Shown: piece after piece, positions 41,203 to 53,793 of the stretch
Layout: each line of letters begins with the position of its first letter
Position numbering within the stretch: the first letter of the stretch is position 1
From: Candidatus Cloacimonadales bacterium
GTDB taxonomy: Bacteria > Cloacimonadota > Cloacimonadia > Cloacimonadales > JAFGVF01
Reading direction: 5' to 3'
Assembly (NCBI GenBank): GCA_963677495.2
Contig: CAXXOU010000001.1
Span: 352,001-416,000 of the forward strand
Length of the DNA: 64,000 bases
Made by a program: the position numbers and the translations under genes
Notes under the pieces: model-generated
The model's database searches: none
What the model was told of the DNA's origin: nothing
Seen by the model: the letters and a program-made list of their open reading frames with translations, nothing else

Positions 41203-41961
41203 ATGAAATACTTACTTATTTTGTTTATTATTACTACAAGCTTTCTCTTTGCAGTTGAAGTCCCAAAAAGCTCAAATCCCTTTGCTCAGTTGAACATCGA
41301 CTTACCGCCTAAACATATTGCTCTGCTTTCGACCGGAATTTTACTACTATTAGTTGATGAACCGATTAGAGAGTTTGTACAGGAAAACAGCTCTGAAACT
41401 CTTGATAACGTTTCAGTTGTTTTCAAGCAGTTTGGCGAAGGACGATACCTATTCTCTTCTTATGCATTAATTGGTTCAATTGGGTACTTTGCAGGTTCAG
41501 AACATCTTTTTAAAACAGGAGTTTATGCTATGGGTGGTGCTTTAAGCGCACAAGTACCTATAAACTTACTCAAAATGGCAACTCAACGTAGAAGACCTGA
41601 CCATGATAAAGGTAGCTTCTGGTTTAGCAAAGCAAATTTCAGTACTGATACATCTTTTGTATCAGGGCATGCAGGGATGGCTTTTTCACTAGCAACAGTT
41701 TTATCTCATCAATATGCGAAAGATAAACCTTTACTGTCAGCTTGCTTCTATTCAGTAGCAACTGTTACAGCATTATCAAGAGTATATGATGACAAACATT
41801 GGGCCTCAGATGCATTTATAGGAAGCGCATTAGGCTATCTTATGACAAAATGGTTCATAAACTTTTATGAAAACAAGTTTGATAAAAAGAGCATATCACA
41901 AAAAAGATTTAGTCCATACCTTTCTGACGAAGGGTATATCGGGCTTACTTTAGATTTTTAG
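41203..41961 (+). CDS. PAP2 family phosphatase
   Basis: K..TQRRRP, SFVSGH, SRVYDDKHWASD. Confidence 0.9.
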   Translation: MKYLLILFIITTSFLFAVEVPKSSNPFAQLNIDLPPKHIALLSTGILLLLVDEPIREFVQENSSETLDNVSVVFKQFGEGRYLFSSYALIGSIGYFAGSEHLFKTGVYAMGGALSAQVPINLLKMATQRRRPDHDKGSFWFSKANFSTDTSFVSGHAGMAFSLATVLSHQYAKDKPLLSACFYSVATVTALSRVYDDKHWASDAFIGSALGYLMTKWFINFYENKFDKKSISQKRFSPYLSDEGYIGLTLDF

Positions 41962-41970
41962 GGAGATTAT

Positions 41971-42840
41971 ATGTTAAATCCTGTAAAGCATTGTGCTGCA
42001 TTTCATGATTTATCCGGTTTCGGAAGAGTGTCACTTGGAGTTGTAATTCCAATCCTCACAACTATGGGGATTCAGGTTAGCTCGGTTCCAACAGCTGTCC
42101 TTTCAACACACACCGGTCTGGAGGGATTCAGCTTTCTTGATCTCACTCCACAAATGAAGGATTTTATCAGTCATTGGAAGAAACTGGGATTCTTATTCGA
42201 TAACATCTACAGCGGTTTCCTGGGTTCACCGGCTCAGATAGATGTTGTAAAATCCTTTATCAGGGATTTTAAACAAGACAATCAGTTGATTACAATTGAC
42301 CCTGTGATGGCTGATAACGGAGAGCTTTACTCATGCTTTGATAACAGCATTGTTGTTAAGATGAAAGAGCTTGTTCAAGTAGCTGACCTCATCACACCCA
42401 ATATCACTGAAGCAGCATTGCTTTTGGATAGAGAAGTCCCAAACGATATGAGCGATGATATGGTTAAAGAGTGGTGCCTTAGGCTATCAGAACTTGGACC
42501 AAAATATTCAGTTATTACTAGTATTCCACAAAAAGATGGTGCCATTTCCTCTGTTGTGGGTTATAATAAAGATATAGATAGATTCTGGAAAGTTGATTGT
42601 ACTTATCTTCCGGCTGAGTATCCAGGCACAGGTGATGTATTCACAAGTGTCCTAAATGGGTCACTAATGCAAGGCGATAGTCTACCAATAGCTCTGGAAA
42701 GAGCGGTTCAGTTTGTTTCGTTATCTATTAGGTCAACATTCGGTTATCAGAAATCTGAGCAAGAGGGTGTTTTCATTGAGAAAACACTTGGAAGTTTACG
42801 TTCACCTTTAAGTCTTAGCACTTATCAATTGATGGAGTAA
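41971..42840 (+). CDS. pdxK: pyridoxal/pyridoxamine kinase
   Basis: HDLSGFGRVSL, PTAVLSTHT, DPVMADNG, TPNITEA, GTGDVF. Confidence 0.9.
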   Translation: MLNPVKHCAAFHDLSGFGRVSLGVVIPILTTMGIQVSSVPTAVLSTHTGLEGFSFLDLTPQMKDFISHWKKLGFLFDNIYSGFLGSPAQIDVVKSFIRDFKQDNQLITIDPVMADNGELYSCFDNSIVVKMKELVQVADLITPNITEAALLLDREVPNDMSDDMVKEWCLRLSELGPKYSVITSIPQKDGAISSVVGYNKDIDRFWKVDCTYLPAEYPGTGDVFTSVLNGSLMQGDSLPIALERAVQFVSLSIRSTFGYQKSEQEGVFIEKTLGSLRSPLSLSTYQLME

Positions 42841-42843
42841 GTT

Positions 42844-43656
42844 ATGAAGTTAGTTATTACAGATTTAGATGGGACCCTTTTAAACAATCGGGGGAAAGTA
42901 AGTGAGATAGATCTCTACACCCTTAAAAAGTTAGGACAAAACAAAGTCTTTAGAGTTATCGCAACAGGACGTTCACTTTTCAGCTTTAAAGAAGTTATTC
43001 CACCTGATTTTCCGATTGACTTTCTAATCTTCTCGTCCGGTGGAGGATTAATGAATTGGCAAACTCAAACAATGCTAGAGACAGCGGAGCTTACACAAGA
43101 GGAAGTACAATACTGCACTGAGATTCTCATGGCTCATGAAATCGATTTCATGATACATGAACCTATTCCTGAAAACCACAAGTTCTTCTATTACAGCCAT
43201 GGATGTATAAATCCTGATTTCCAACGAAGAATTCAGCTGTATGAAAACTATAGCACTGAGTTTGTGAAAGAGAACCATTGTTATAAACCGGCTACTCAAG
43301 TATTGGGTATAGTTCCTGAAAATGGTGCTGATATAATAGAGAAGCTACGCAAGCTTATGCCCGAGCTCACAGTTATTAGGGCTACATCTCCCATTGATGG
43401 TAAATCAACCTGGATAGAGATATTCCCACAAAACGTTTCGAAAGGGCACACTTCACTGCTTCTGGCTGATAGACTTGAGATTGATAGAACTGAAATAGCA
43501 GTTTTAGGCAACGATTACAACGATATTGAGATGCTTGGTATCACTGATAACAGCTTTGTTGTTAGGAACGCTCCCAAGGAAATGAAGGAAACATATCAAG
43601 TAGTGGCATCTCATAATAAGAATGGTTTTACTGAGATGGTAGAGAGTTTTATATGA
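42844..43656 (+). CDS. Cof-type HAD hydrolase
   Basis: DLDGTLL, ATGR, SKG, GNDYNDIEML. Confidence 0.9.
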   Translation: MKLVITDLDGTLLNNRGKVSEIDLYTLKKLGQNKVFRVIATGRSLFSFKEVIPPDFPIDFLIFSSGGGLMNWQTQTMLETAELTQEEVQYCTEILMAHEIDFMIHEPIPENHKFFYYSHGCINPDFQRRIQLYENYSTEFVKENHCYKPATQVLGIVPENGADIIEKLRKLMPELTVIRATSPIDGKSTWIEIFPQNVSKGHTSLLLADRLEIDRTEIAVLGNDYNDIEMLGITDNSFVVRNAPKEMKETYQVVASHNKNGFTEMVESFI

Positions 43657-44117
43657 GAAGAAAAGATAGAGAGATAACAGATAAACATGAGATAGATGCA
43701 ATTCTAAGTAGAGGGGAAGTATGTTATCTTTCATTTATAGATGGCGACTACCCATACACAGTTCCATTAAATTATGGCTATAGAGAGAATAAGCTTTACT
43801 TTCATTGTGCTAAACAGGGGAAAAAGATTGATTTGATTAATGCTAATCCCAACTGTTCTTTTGCTATTTCAATTGATCATCTCCTTATTACTGACGGAAT
43901 AGCCTCTCACTGCACGATGAAGTACAAATCAGTTTGTGGAAGAGGTAAAATGAGAATCATTAATTCAGACGATGAAAAAGCTATAGCACTACAAATCCTC
44001 ATGGAACAGTATGTCCCTACTAAAGTATGGGATTTTAGTGGTGGTTGCTTCGATGGTGTCGGAATCATAGTGCTCGATATCGAGGAGATGACAGGCAAGA
44101 AGAGCTTACCAACTTAA
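43653..44117 (+). CDS. pyridoxamine 5'-phosphate oxidase-like / NimA flavin-binding protein
   Basis: MRRKDREI, YPYTVPLNYG, LYFHCAKQGKK, YKSV. Confidence 0.88.
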   Translation: MRRKDREITDKHEIDAILSRGEVCYLSFIDGDYPYTVPLNYGYRENKLYFHCAKQGKKIDLINANPNCSFAISIDHLLITDGIASHCTMKYKSVCGRGKMRIINSDDEKAIALQILMEQYVPTKVWDFSGGCFDGVGIIVLDIEEMTGKKSLPT

Positions 44118-44310
44118 GCTTGCACCGCAACGAACGATCATGCTAGCATGATTGTAAGTGTGGGGCGAAGCGAAATCAGGTGATTGGCTTATAAATGTAA
44201 CCCGACCACCCCTGGTCGGACTAAAAACATGTCGATCATGGGTGATCGACTTACCAAAGTAACTCGACTGTCTCGGTCCAGTAAATAAACGACCCGGAGT
44301 GTCGTTATAC
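44118..44310. repeat. cluster of REP-like hairpins (inverted GTAA...TTAC pairs)
   Basis: gtaacccgaccacccctggtcgg...gtcgatcatgggtgatcgacttac, followed by a second degenerate pair; a similar hairpin lies at ~10577-10601. Confidence 0.6.
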
Positions 44311-44330
44311 TAAATAACCTGGAGGTATTT

Positions 44331-45419
44331 ATGCAAACCATAAAAGATATATTAAGAAAACTCAATGCACTTGCCCCAACCGCAATTGCATACAGTTGGG
44401 ATAATGTCGGGCTTATGCTCGGAAGTCCTGATTGGGAAGTTAAGAAAATTCTGTTAACCCTTGATGTTACAGAAAACGCTATTAATAAAGCTATAGAGAT
44501 TGGTGCTGACCTGATTCTGGCTCATCATCCGTTTATCTTCCGTCCTGTGAAAAGTATTACCGACCCTCGTCATATTAAGCTGATTGAGAAAAGAATTGGA
44601 GTGATTTCCATTCATACTAACCTGGACTTAGTTCATGGTGGAGTGAATACAGCATTAGCTGAAATCCTGGGTTTATCAGATTGGGAACCTCTCTCTACTG
44701 AATCCGGAACCGAATGGCTGAAGTTCGAAATGTCTATTCCTGAAACTCATCTAGCTCAGATGCTAAAAGCTCTTGCTGAAGCTGGTGCAGGCAAAGTAGG
44801 GGCTTATGATATGTGTTCAACTACATGGGATTCAGAAGTTCGATTCCGACCACAAGCAAACAGTAATCCATTTAGTGGAGAAACAGGAATAGTGGCTCAG
44901 GATAAAGTGAAGAGACTCTCATTCATGGCTGAATCATTCCACAGATTTGCTATTGAAACTACTATCAAACAAGTTCATCCATATGAAGAACCCGGATATA
45001 CAATAACTAAGGTTGAGAACCCCAGTCCTAGTTATAAGTTAGGTCTAATTGGTAAACTGAAGACTCCCCTTGAGATGTCGGAGTTTGCTGAGTTTGTGAA
45101 ATCAAAACTTCAAGCTCCATCTGTGAAGCTTTGGCCTGCTAATAACAGTGACGGAAGTATGATTAAGACTGTGGCAATATGTGGCGGTAGTGGCACATCT
45201 GTTCTGGGGAAAGCGATAGGCAAAGCAGATATTCTTGTAACTGCAGACCTTACGTATCACACAATTCTAGACAGCCCAATTCCTTTAATTGATGCAGGAC
45301 ACCTTTACACCGAGTACCCTGTTCTCAAGAATCTTGAATCTTATCTTGCAGATGATTCTCTCAAGTTTGAATATCTTCCTCTTGATGAACACGAATACAG
45401 TGGCTTAGTAACAATTTAA
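44331..45419 (+). CDS. Nif3-like dinuclear metal centre protein
   Basis: WDNVGL, HHP, HTNLD, HPYEEP, DAGHLYTE. Confidence 0.93.
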   Translation: MQTIKDILRKLNALAPTAIAYSWDNVGLMLGSPDWEVKKILLTLDVTENAINKAIEIGADLILAHHPFIFRPVKSITDPRHIKLIEKRIGVISIHTNLDLVHGGVNTALAEILGLSDWEPLSTESGTEWLKFEMSIPETHLAQMLKALAEAGAGKVGAYDMCSTTWDSEVRFRPQANSNPFSGETGIVAQDKVKRLSFMAESFHRFAIETTIKQVHPYEEPGYTITKVENPSPSYKLGLIGKLKTPLEMSEFAEFVKSKLQAPSVKLWPANNSDGSMIKTVAICGGSGTSVLGKAIGKADILVTADLTYHTILDSPIPLIDAGHLYTEYPVLKNLESYLADDSLKFEYLPLDEHEYSGLVTI

Positions 45420-45559
45420 TTTTGGATTATATTAAGAGTCCATGACATCCATTGTTATTATATTCTTAAATAAAGAGGCTTAATCTTGAATCTACTCTTC
45501 ATTATTTCAATTCTAAAGATTTAGTTTGACTAATGTTTCTCAGCTATGAAAAAGGGAGA

Positions 45560-45823
45560 ATGGATAATAAGAAATGGCACAATGACCCCGAGATAGCTAA
45601 ATATCTGACACTTATCGGTCAAACCGGATTGATGATGGCGGGTTGTATAGTCGTTTCAGTGCTAATAGGAATCTGGTTAGATCACCGGAGTGGTAGCTCT
45701 CCATTATTCTTGGCAATATTTTGTATTGTTGGAGTGCTATCAGGATTCTTTGGTGTTTACAAAATGATAGCAAGATTCTATAATAGCGATAGAGCATCGG
45801 AAAAGGAAGAAAAACAGTCTTGA
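45560..45823 (+). CDS. atpZ: AtpZ/AtpI-family protein
   Basis: two TM segments, IGIWLD motif, first gene of the atp operon. Confidence 0.75.
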   Translation: MDNKKWHNDPEIAKYLTLIGQTGLMMAGCIVVSVLIGIWLDHRSGSSPLFLAIFCIVGVLSGFFGVYKMIARFYNSDRASEKEEKQS

Positions 45824-46197
45824 CAACTAAGCGATTTGTTATAGAGGTAGTAGTCATTATTTGCTTGACAAATATACCTGCGCTCCTATTGATACCGACG
45901 AATTTCCAGGGAGCTTACAGCTGGTTTCTTGGATCATTCGGAAGCGCCATAAACTTTGTCTGGATGTACTTGGCAGCAGCCAGTGCGTTCGGTCCGATAG
46001 CAAAAAGTACTCAGGTGAAAACAGTGAAAGCGTTTTATTTTCGTTATCTGTTCTTGATAGCGTTATCGCTTATTTCTGTGAAACTCCTGAATGCTGACAT
46101 CTTAATATTTGGTCTTGGGCTCTTAGCAGCTCAAGGTGTTATCTTTGCAAGAAGCTTGATAGAATCTATCATCAAAGATAGGTTCGCAAAGAAATAG
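45820..46197 (+). CDS. atpI: ATP synthase protein I
   Basis: four TM segments, SAINF and YFRY, lies just before atpB. Confidence 0.7.
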   Translation: MTTKRFVIEVVVIICLTNIPALLLIPTNFQGAYSWFLGSFGSAINFVWMYLAAASAFGPIAKSTQVKTVKAFYFRYLFLIALSLISVKLLNADILIFGLGLLAAQGVIFARSLIESIIKDRFAKK

Positions 46198-46207
46198 CGG
46201 AGTAAAT

Positions 46208-47221
46208 ATGTCGAAAAAGAAAAAGGGATTACTAAGGTTATTTGTAATCTTCTTTGTCATCGAATTTGGTCTCTCATTCTTTCTAACCAGTACAATTCAT
46301 ATTGGAAAGGACCCTGAAACCGGCAAGTTTGGAATCAGAGTCGAGAAAGAGGAAGAATCACTTCAAGAAGAGATCATAGCCGATACTCAACCGGATACAT
46401 ACTTCAGAGAATCTGAAATGATGCAGGCAAAAGTTGAACATGGCTCCGAGGAGCAGTTAACTAATGCTGAAATCATCAAACTGTATCAGGATGAGCATAA
46501 TGAAGAAGCTTTACACGAAATAGCTGAATTCCTGCCCTACAAAAGTATTGGGGTCTATTTAACCTTTCACAAAATCTTCGGTGATGCAAGTACAATTAAC
46601 AGTTTCAAACTTCTCAGAATGTTACTTATTGTAGACATCATCTTTATCGTTCTCGCGATCTCAATTCGCAAGGGTGTAAAGTTCTATCCCGGAAAACTTC
46701 AGATTGTGGGTGAATCCTTCTATTCAGGGGCCGAGGGGATGGTTAAAGACACGCTCGGAAAAGAGAACGTTCATTTCACACCTTACCTTCTAACGCTATT
46801 CCTGTTTATCTGGTTCTGTAACCTGATTGGTATTATACCTATTCCGGGCTTTATAGAACCTACCAGAAACTTGAATGTGCCGATGGGACTTGGTCTTGCA
46901 GCTCTTTCAGTTGTACATTTCATGTCTATTAAGAAGAAAGGATTGTGGGCATATATGAAGGAGTATGGAGAGCCAATGGTATTCCTCGCTCCATTAAACA
47001 TCATTGGTGAGTTGTCTAAAGTAGTTTCTATTGCCTTCCGTTTATTCGGTAATATTATGGGTGGTGGAATCATTATTCTTGTTGTTTCAGCTCTTACCAA
47101 ATTAATCATCGTACCGGTTGGATTGTACGGTTTCTTTGGAATCTTTGCAGGTTCAATTCAGGCTTTTGTGTTCGCAATGCTTGCCATGAGTTACCTTGCA
47201 GTAGCTATTGCTGAAGAATAG
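46208..47221 (+). CDS. atpB: F0 subunit a with an N-terminal extension
   Basis: PGKLQ, NLIGIIP, PLNIIGELSK..AFRLFGN, IQAFVFAML. Confidence 0.93.
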   Translation: MSKKKKGLLRLFVIFFVIEFGLSFFLTSTIHIGKDPETGKFGIRVEKEEESLQEEIIADTQPDTYFRESEMMQAKVEHGSEEQLTNAEIIKLYQDEHNEEALHEIAEFLPYKSIGVYLTFHKIFGDASTINSFKLLRMLLIVDIIFIVLAISIRKGVKFYPGKLQIVGESFYSGAEGMVKDTLGKENVHFTPYLLTLFLFIWFCNLIGIIPIPGFIEPTRNLNVPMGLGLAALSVVHFMSIKKKGLWAYMKEYGEPMVFLAPLNIIGELSKVVSIAFRLFGNIMGGGIIILVVSALTKLIIVPVGLYGFFGIFAGSIQAFVFAMLAMSYLAVAIAEE

Positions 47222-47233
47222 GGTGGAGAAAAT

Positions 47234-47983
47234 ATGGTATTAACATCAGAAATTCTTAACATCGCTGCTTTCATTGGCGCAGCTATCGCAACAGGTGTAG
47301 CATCATTGAGTGCAGGTATAGGTGAAGGGCAAACAGCAGGTGAAGCTTCATTTGCTCTTATGCGTCAGCCAAAAGCAGGAGATGGACTTCTCAGAACCAT
47401 GCTTATCAGTCAGGCAGTAACAGAGACAGGTGCGATATTCGGACTTGTTGTTTCATTGCTTCTGATATTCAGTGGACTGAATAATCCGGATGCAGGTTGG
47501 TTTAGATTCGGAACTCTCTTAGCTGCCGGTTTATCAATCGGTATCGGTAGTATAGGACCCGGATTCGGTTCAGGTTATACCGGAGCAATTTCTTGTCGCT
47601 CAATAGGTAGAATGCCGGATCAACAGAATAGAATCACAACGACTATGTTAATCGGACAGGCATTAGCACAAACAGATGCTATCTTTGCTCTCGTTGTTTC
47701 TCTTCTATTACTCTATTCTACACCAATAACCCCTGTAGCTGCTACAGCAGGGCAGATTATAATGAGAATCTGTGGGTATGTTGGAGCATCTCTTGCTATC
47801 GGTATCGGAACATTCGGACCGGGGATCGGTATCGGATATGTAGCCGGACGTTCAACTGATATGCTTGGTCGTTTTTCAGCTCAAGGCTCAACAATTACAA
47901 GAACTATGTTCCTCGGGGCAGCAGTATCAGAATCAACTGCTATCTATGCACTCGTTGTAGCATTCCTATTAATATTTATATAA
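47234..47983 (+). CDS. atpE: triple-hairpin F0 c-like subunit
   Basis: three tandem c-subunit repeats with ion-site segments AVTETGAIF, ALAQTDAIF and AVSESTAIY. Confidence 0.88.
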   Translation: MVLTSEILNIAAFIGAAIATGVASLSAGIGEGQTAGEASFALMRQPKAGDGLLRTMLISQAVTETGAIFGLVVSLLLIFSGLNNPDAGWFRFGTLLAAGLSIGIGSIGPGFGSGYTGAISCRSIGRMPDQQNRITTTMLIGQALAQTDAIFALVVSLLLLYSTPITPVAATAGQIIMRICGYVGASLAIGIGTFGPGIGIGYVAGRSTDMLGRFSAQGSTITRTMFLGAAVSESTAIYALVVAFLLIFI

Positions 47984-47993
47984 ATGAAAATAA

Positions 47994-48263
<270 letters not shown>

Positions 48264-48310
48264 CTTGTGCGTAGACCGATTTTGTTCAAAACCAAAACAA
48301 AGGATAAAAA

Positions 48311-48787
48311 ATGATTAGTATTGATGTTTCTTTAGTCGTTGTTATCCTGAACTTTATTCTGCTTCTTATAGTATTAAACAAAGTTGCGTTTAAGCCACTT
48401 CGTGAGATGCTTGAGAAGAGACAGAAACAGATTCAAGATGATATAGATTCGGCTGGAAAATCAAAAGAGGATGCTCAACAACTCCTTAAAACTCAAGAAG
48501 AAGAATATAAGCAGGCTACAACTGAAGCCAGGCACCTACGCGATAAGATAAAAAAGGAAGCTCAGATAGAAGCTGACAAGATTATCGATGAAGCCCATGC
48601 TCAGAATAAGAAGCTTTTAGCTGATGGTGAGAAACGACTTGAGATGGAATCAAAGAAAGCGCTTAAGAGTCTCGAAGGTGAAGTTGCAACATTGGTTGCA
48701 GAGCTTTCATCTAAAGTGCTTGGAACTAAGATTGATTCTGAAAAGGATAAAGAGCTAATCGAAAAGATGCTTAAGGAACGGAGCTAA
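48311..48787 (+). CDS. atpF: F0 subunit b
   Basis: N-terminal TM (NFILLLIVL..FKP) followed by a coiled coil. Confidence 0.93.
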   Translation: MISIDVSLVVVILNFILLLIVLNKVAFKPLREMLEKRQKQIQDDIDSAGKSKEDAQQLLKTQEEEYKQATTEARHLRDKIKKEAQIEADKIIDEAHAQNKKLLADGEKRLEMESKKALKSLEGEVATLVAELSSKVLGTKIDSEKDKELIEKMLKERS

Positions 48788-48789
48788 TA

Positions 48790-49323
48790 GTGAAACAGCA
48801 TATAATTGCAGATCGCTATGCTAAGGGATTACTTGCCCTTTTCTCCCTTGCTGAGTTCAAAGACCTTAGAAATGATATATATTTTCTACTAAAGGACATT
48901 GAAGAGAACAGTAAGTTAAAACCATTCCTTGCTTCTCCACTGATAAAAGCTACTGAGAAGATGAAACTTTTCAAAGAGATTTCTGCAACTCTTCACTACG
49001 GAGAGAGATGGAATAGTCTTTTGGAGCTTCTGATTAAGAATAATCGCGAGATACATATACAAACTATTCTTGAAGAGATTGATAAGATGATTCTTGAACA
49101 GTTAAGCGTATGTAAGGTTACGATTAAAGTAGCTCATGAGATTGATGATAAGCTTAAGGCTGATATTGAGGAGAAAATCTCCGAAAGCCTTCATAAAAAG
49201 ATTATCCCTACTTATGTAATCGATCTCTCAGTCGGTGGTGGATTTATAGCTGAAACAGATTCCCAAATTATTAATGCTTCACTGAAGCATAATATTGAAA
49301 GATTTACTCAAAATCACAACTAA
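48790..49323 (+). CDS. atpH: F1 subunit delta
   Basis: IADRYAKGL, FLASP, GGGFI; operon position. Confidence 0.9.
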   Translation: MKQHIIADRYAKGLLALFSLAEFKDLRNDIYFLLKDIEENSKLKPFLASPLIKATEKMKLFKEISATLHYGERWNSLLELLIKNNREIHIQTILEEIDKMILEQLSVCKVTIKVAHEIDDKLKADIEEKISESLHKKIIPTYVIDLSVGGGFIAETDSQIINASLKHNIERFTQNHN

Positions 49324-49338
49324 ACAGTTGAGGATACT

Positions 49339-50844
49339 ATGATAATTCAACCAGATGAAATAAGTTCCTTAATCAGAGATAGGATAAATAATTTTAAATT
49401 CGACATCGATGTTGCCGAAACAGGTAAGATTATCCAAGTGGGTGACGGGATTGCCCGTATCTACGGACTGGATAATGTTATGTCCATGGAGATGTTGCTC
49501 TTCCCGGGTGATATATATGGCATGGCTTTGAACCTGGAAGAGGGGAATATCGGTGCAGTTATATTCGGTGATGCTACTGCTATTAAAGAGGGCGACATTG
49601 TAAAGAGAACCGGTAAAATTCTTCAGGTTCCTGTTGGTGAAGCTCTTCTTGGTCGTGTTGTAAACACGCTCGGACAACCGATTGACGGTAAAGGCGAGAT
49701 TAAAGCAGCTGAGTATAGAAACATGGAGAGTAAAGCTCTGGGTGTTATTGACAGACAACCGGTTGTTGAACCAGTTCAGACAGGTATCAAAGCTATCGAC
49801 GCTATGATTCCTATCGGTCGTGGTCAGCGTGAGTTGATTATTGGTGATAGACAGACAGGTAAAACTGCCATTGCTATCGATACAATTATCAACCAGAAGA
49901 AATCAGATATGTATTGTATCTATGTTGCTGTTGGTCAGAAACAATCAACAGTTGCAAAAATTGTAAAGACACTCGAAGAGCACGGAGCGATGGATTATAC
50001 AACTATCGTAATGGCATCTGCTAATAATGCTCCTGCTCTCCAATATATGGCTCCTTATGCAGGTTGCGCAATGGGTGAATACTTCATGCTCAACGGTAAG
50101 CACGCTCTTATCATTTATGATGATCTCTCTAAGCATGCTGTTGCATATCGTGAGATTTCACTTCTTCTCAGAAGACCACCGGGACGTGAAGCGTATCCGG
50201 GTGACGTTTTCTATCTACATTCACGCTTGCTTGAAAGAGCTTCCAAGCTTAGTGATGCTCATGGTGGCGGTTCTCTTACAGCATTGCCTATTATCGAAAC
50301 TAAAGCTGAAGATGTATCAGCATATATCCCAACAAATGTGATTTCCATTACCGATGGACAGATTTACTTGAGTTCAAAGCTTTTCTACTCAGGTATCAGA
50401 CCTGCTATTAATGCAGGTATATCTGTGTCTCGTGTTGGTGGTGCAGCACAGATTAAAGCAATGAAAAAGGTTGTTGGACAGCTTAAGTTTGCTCTTGCTC
50501 AGTATGATGAGCTTGCAGCTTTCTCTAAGTTTGGTTCTGACCTTGATAAGACAACTCTTGCCCAGCTCAGACGCGGTGAAAGAATTGTTGAGATGCTTAA
50601 GCAGGGACAGTATCAACCACTTGAAGTCTATAAAGAGATTATGGTTGTGTTCATGGTTAACGAAGGTTATCTTGATCAAGTAGAGAAAGATCAGGTTTCT
50701 GAAGTTGAATCAGAACTCTATCTTACTCTTGATACAGAATACAAAGAGTTCTGTCAGAAGTTGGTTGAAGGTGGACTTGATGATGATAAACGCTCTCAGA
50801 TGAAAGCTATCTGTGAACAGGTAATCGGTAAGTTTGCCAAGTAA
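49339..50844 (+). CDS. atpA: F1 subunit alpha
   Basis: [31 protein letters not shown]. Confidence 0.98.
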   Translation: MIIQPDEISSLIRDRINNFKFDIDVAETGKIIQVGDGIARIYGLDNVMSMEMLLFPGDIYGMALNLEEGNIGAVIFGDATAIKEGDIVKRTGKILQVPVGEALLGRVVNTLGQPIDGKGEIKAAEYRNMESKALGVIDRQPVVEPVQTGIKAIDAMIPIGRGQRELIIGDRQTGKTAIAIDTIINQKKSDMYCIYVAVGQKQSTVAKIVKTLEEHGAMDYTTIVMASANNAPALQYMAPYAGCAMGEYFMLNGKHALIIYDDLSKHAVAYREISLLLRRPPGREAYPGDVFYLHSRLLERASKLSDAHGGGSLTALPIIETKAEDVSAYIPTNVISITDGQIYLSSKLFYSGIRPAINAGISVSRVGGAAQIKAMKKVVGQLKFALAQYDELAAFSKFGSDLDKTTLAQLRRGERIVEMLKQGQYQPLEVYKEIMVVFMVNEGYLDQVEKDQVSEVESELYLTLDTEYKEFCQKLVEGGLDDDKRSQMKAICEQVIGKFAK

Positions 50845-50864
50845 CCACATAATCCGGAGTAAGA

Positions 50865-51719
50865 ATGGGAAACATTAATGATATAAAAGAAAGAATTGGC
50901 AGTGTTCAGAGTACTAAACAGATTACTAATGCCATGAAGATGGTTGCAGCTGCAAAGATGCGTAAAGCACAGCAGAACATGTTTAATGCTCGTCCTTATG
51001 CTCACAAGATAATGGAGATGACCAGAGTTGTGAAGCTTAAGAACAGAATGACTGACAATATCTTTCTTAAAGAAACAGACCCGTCCGGAAAAACTCTTTA
51101 TGTTTTCGTAACAGCTGACCGTGGACTTTGCGGTTCATTTAACTCTCAGATTACCAGAACAGGTGACCACCTTTTGGCTCAACACCCTGACAGTGATATT
51201 ATCTGTATCGGTAAGAAAAGTTACGATTATTTCAAGAAGAAATCAGACAGAATTATTGCAAATTATACCGGTATGATGGAGAAGTTCAGCTTCGATATCA
51301 CAGCCGAAATCGCTGATAAAATTAAAGAATTGTACCTATCCAATCAGTATAGTAAGGTTATTGTCCTCTTCAACGAATTCAAGAGTGTTATGCAGCAGAA
51401 GATTGGTCATCTGCAGTTACTCCCTATTCCAAAAGTAGAAGAGGAAAGTGTGTCTATGGTTGATTATGTTTATGAACCAGATGCAGATACAGTAATTGAC
51501 AACCTGATTGAGCGTTATCTTCATTTCCAAATTTGGCAGGTATTCCTTGAATCCTCAGCTTCTGAACAGAGTAGTCGTATGACTGCTATGGATAGTGCAA
51601 CTGAGAATGCTAAAGATCTTATTGATAAACTGGAATTGCAATATAACAGAGAAAGACAGGCTTCAATTACAACCGAAATTATTGAGGTTGCTTCCGGTGC
51701 TGAAGCAATCAACAATTAA
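50865..51719 (+). CDS. atpG: F1 subunit gamma
   Basis: ITNAMKMVAAAK, DRGLCG, RQASITTEIIE. Confidence 0.97.
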   Translation: MGNINDIKERIGSVQSTKQITNAMKMVAAAKMRKAQQNMFNARPYAHKIMEMTRVVKLKNRMTDNIFLKETDPSGKTLYVFVTADRGLCGSFNSQITRTGDHLLAQHPDSDIICIGKKSYDYFKKKSDRIIANYTGMMEKFSFDITAEIADKIKELYLSNQYSKVIVLFNEFKSVMQQKIGHLQLLPIPKVEEESVSMVDYVYEPDADTVIDNLIERYLHFQIWQVFLESSASEQSSRMTAMDSATENAKDLIDKLELQYNRERQASITTEIIEVASGAEAINN

Positions 51720-53517
<1,798 letters not shown>

Positions 53518-53547
53518 GTTGTAATCCAAGAAAAACCAATCTAAACT

Positions 53548-53571
53548 AAGACCGCTGCAAAGCGGTCTTTT
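53548..53571 (+). terminator. atp operon terminator
   Basis: aagaccgct-gcaa-agcggtctttt. Confidence 0.85.
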
Positions 53572-53748
53572 ATGTTTACCCGGATCTTTACCTCATGCGA
53601 TTAATTGTAGAAATCATAGCGCTACTCCTTAGTCTCACCCATGTAACTTTATTTTTTCCACATCCATATCTCATCCTTTGAGATACTTGCAATCAAAGGA
53701 TTATGCACTTATTGGTAATTGTTATAATTTTAAACGTAGTTAGTTAAC

Positions 53749-53777
53749 AAAAAGCCCCCGCTTTCGCAGGGGCTATT
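53749..53777 (-). terminator. terminator of the large surface-protein gene
   Basis: on the minus strand agcccctgcgaaagcgggggcttttt. Confidence 0.8.
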
Positions 53778-53793
53778 ATTTATAAAGAATGAA

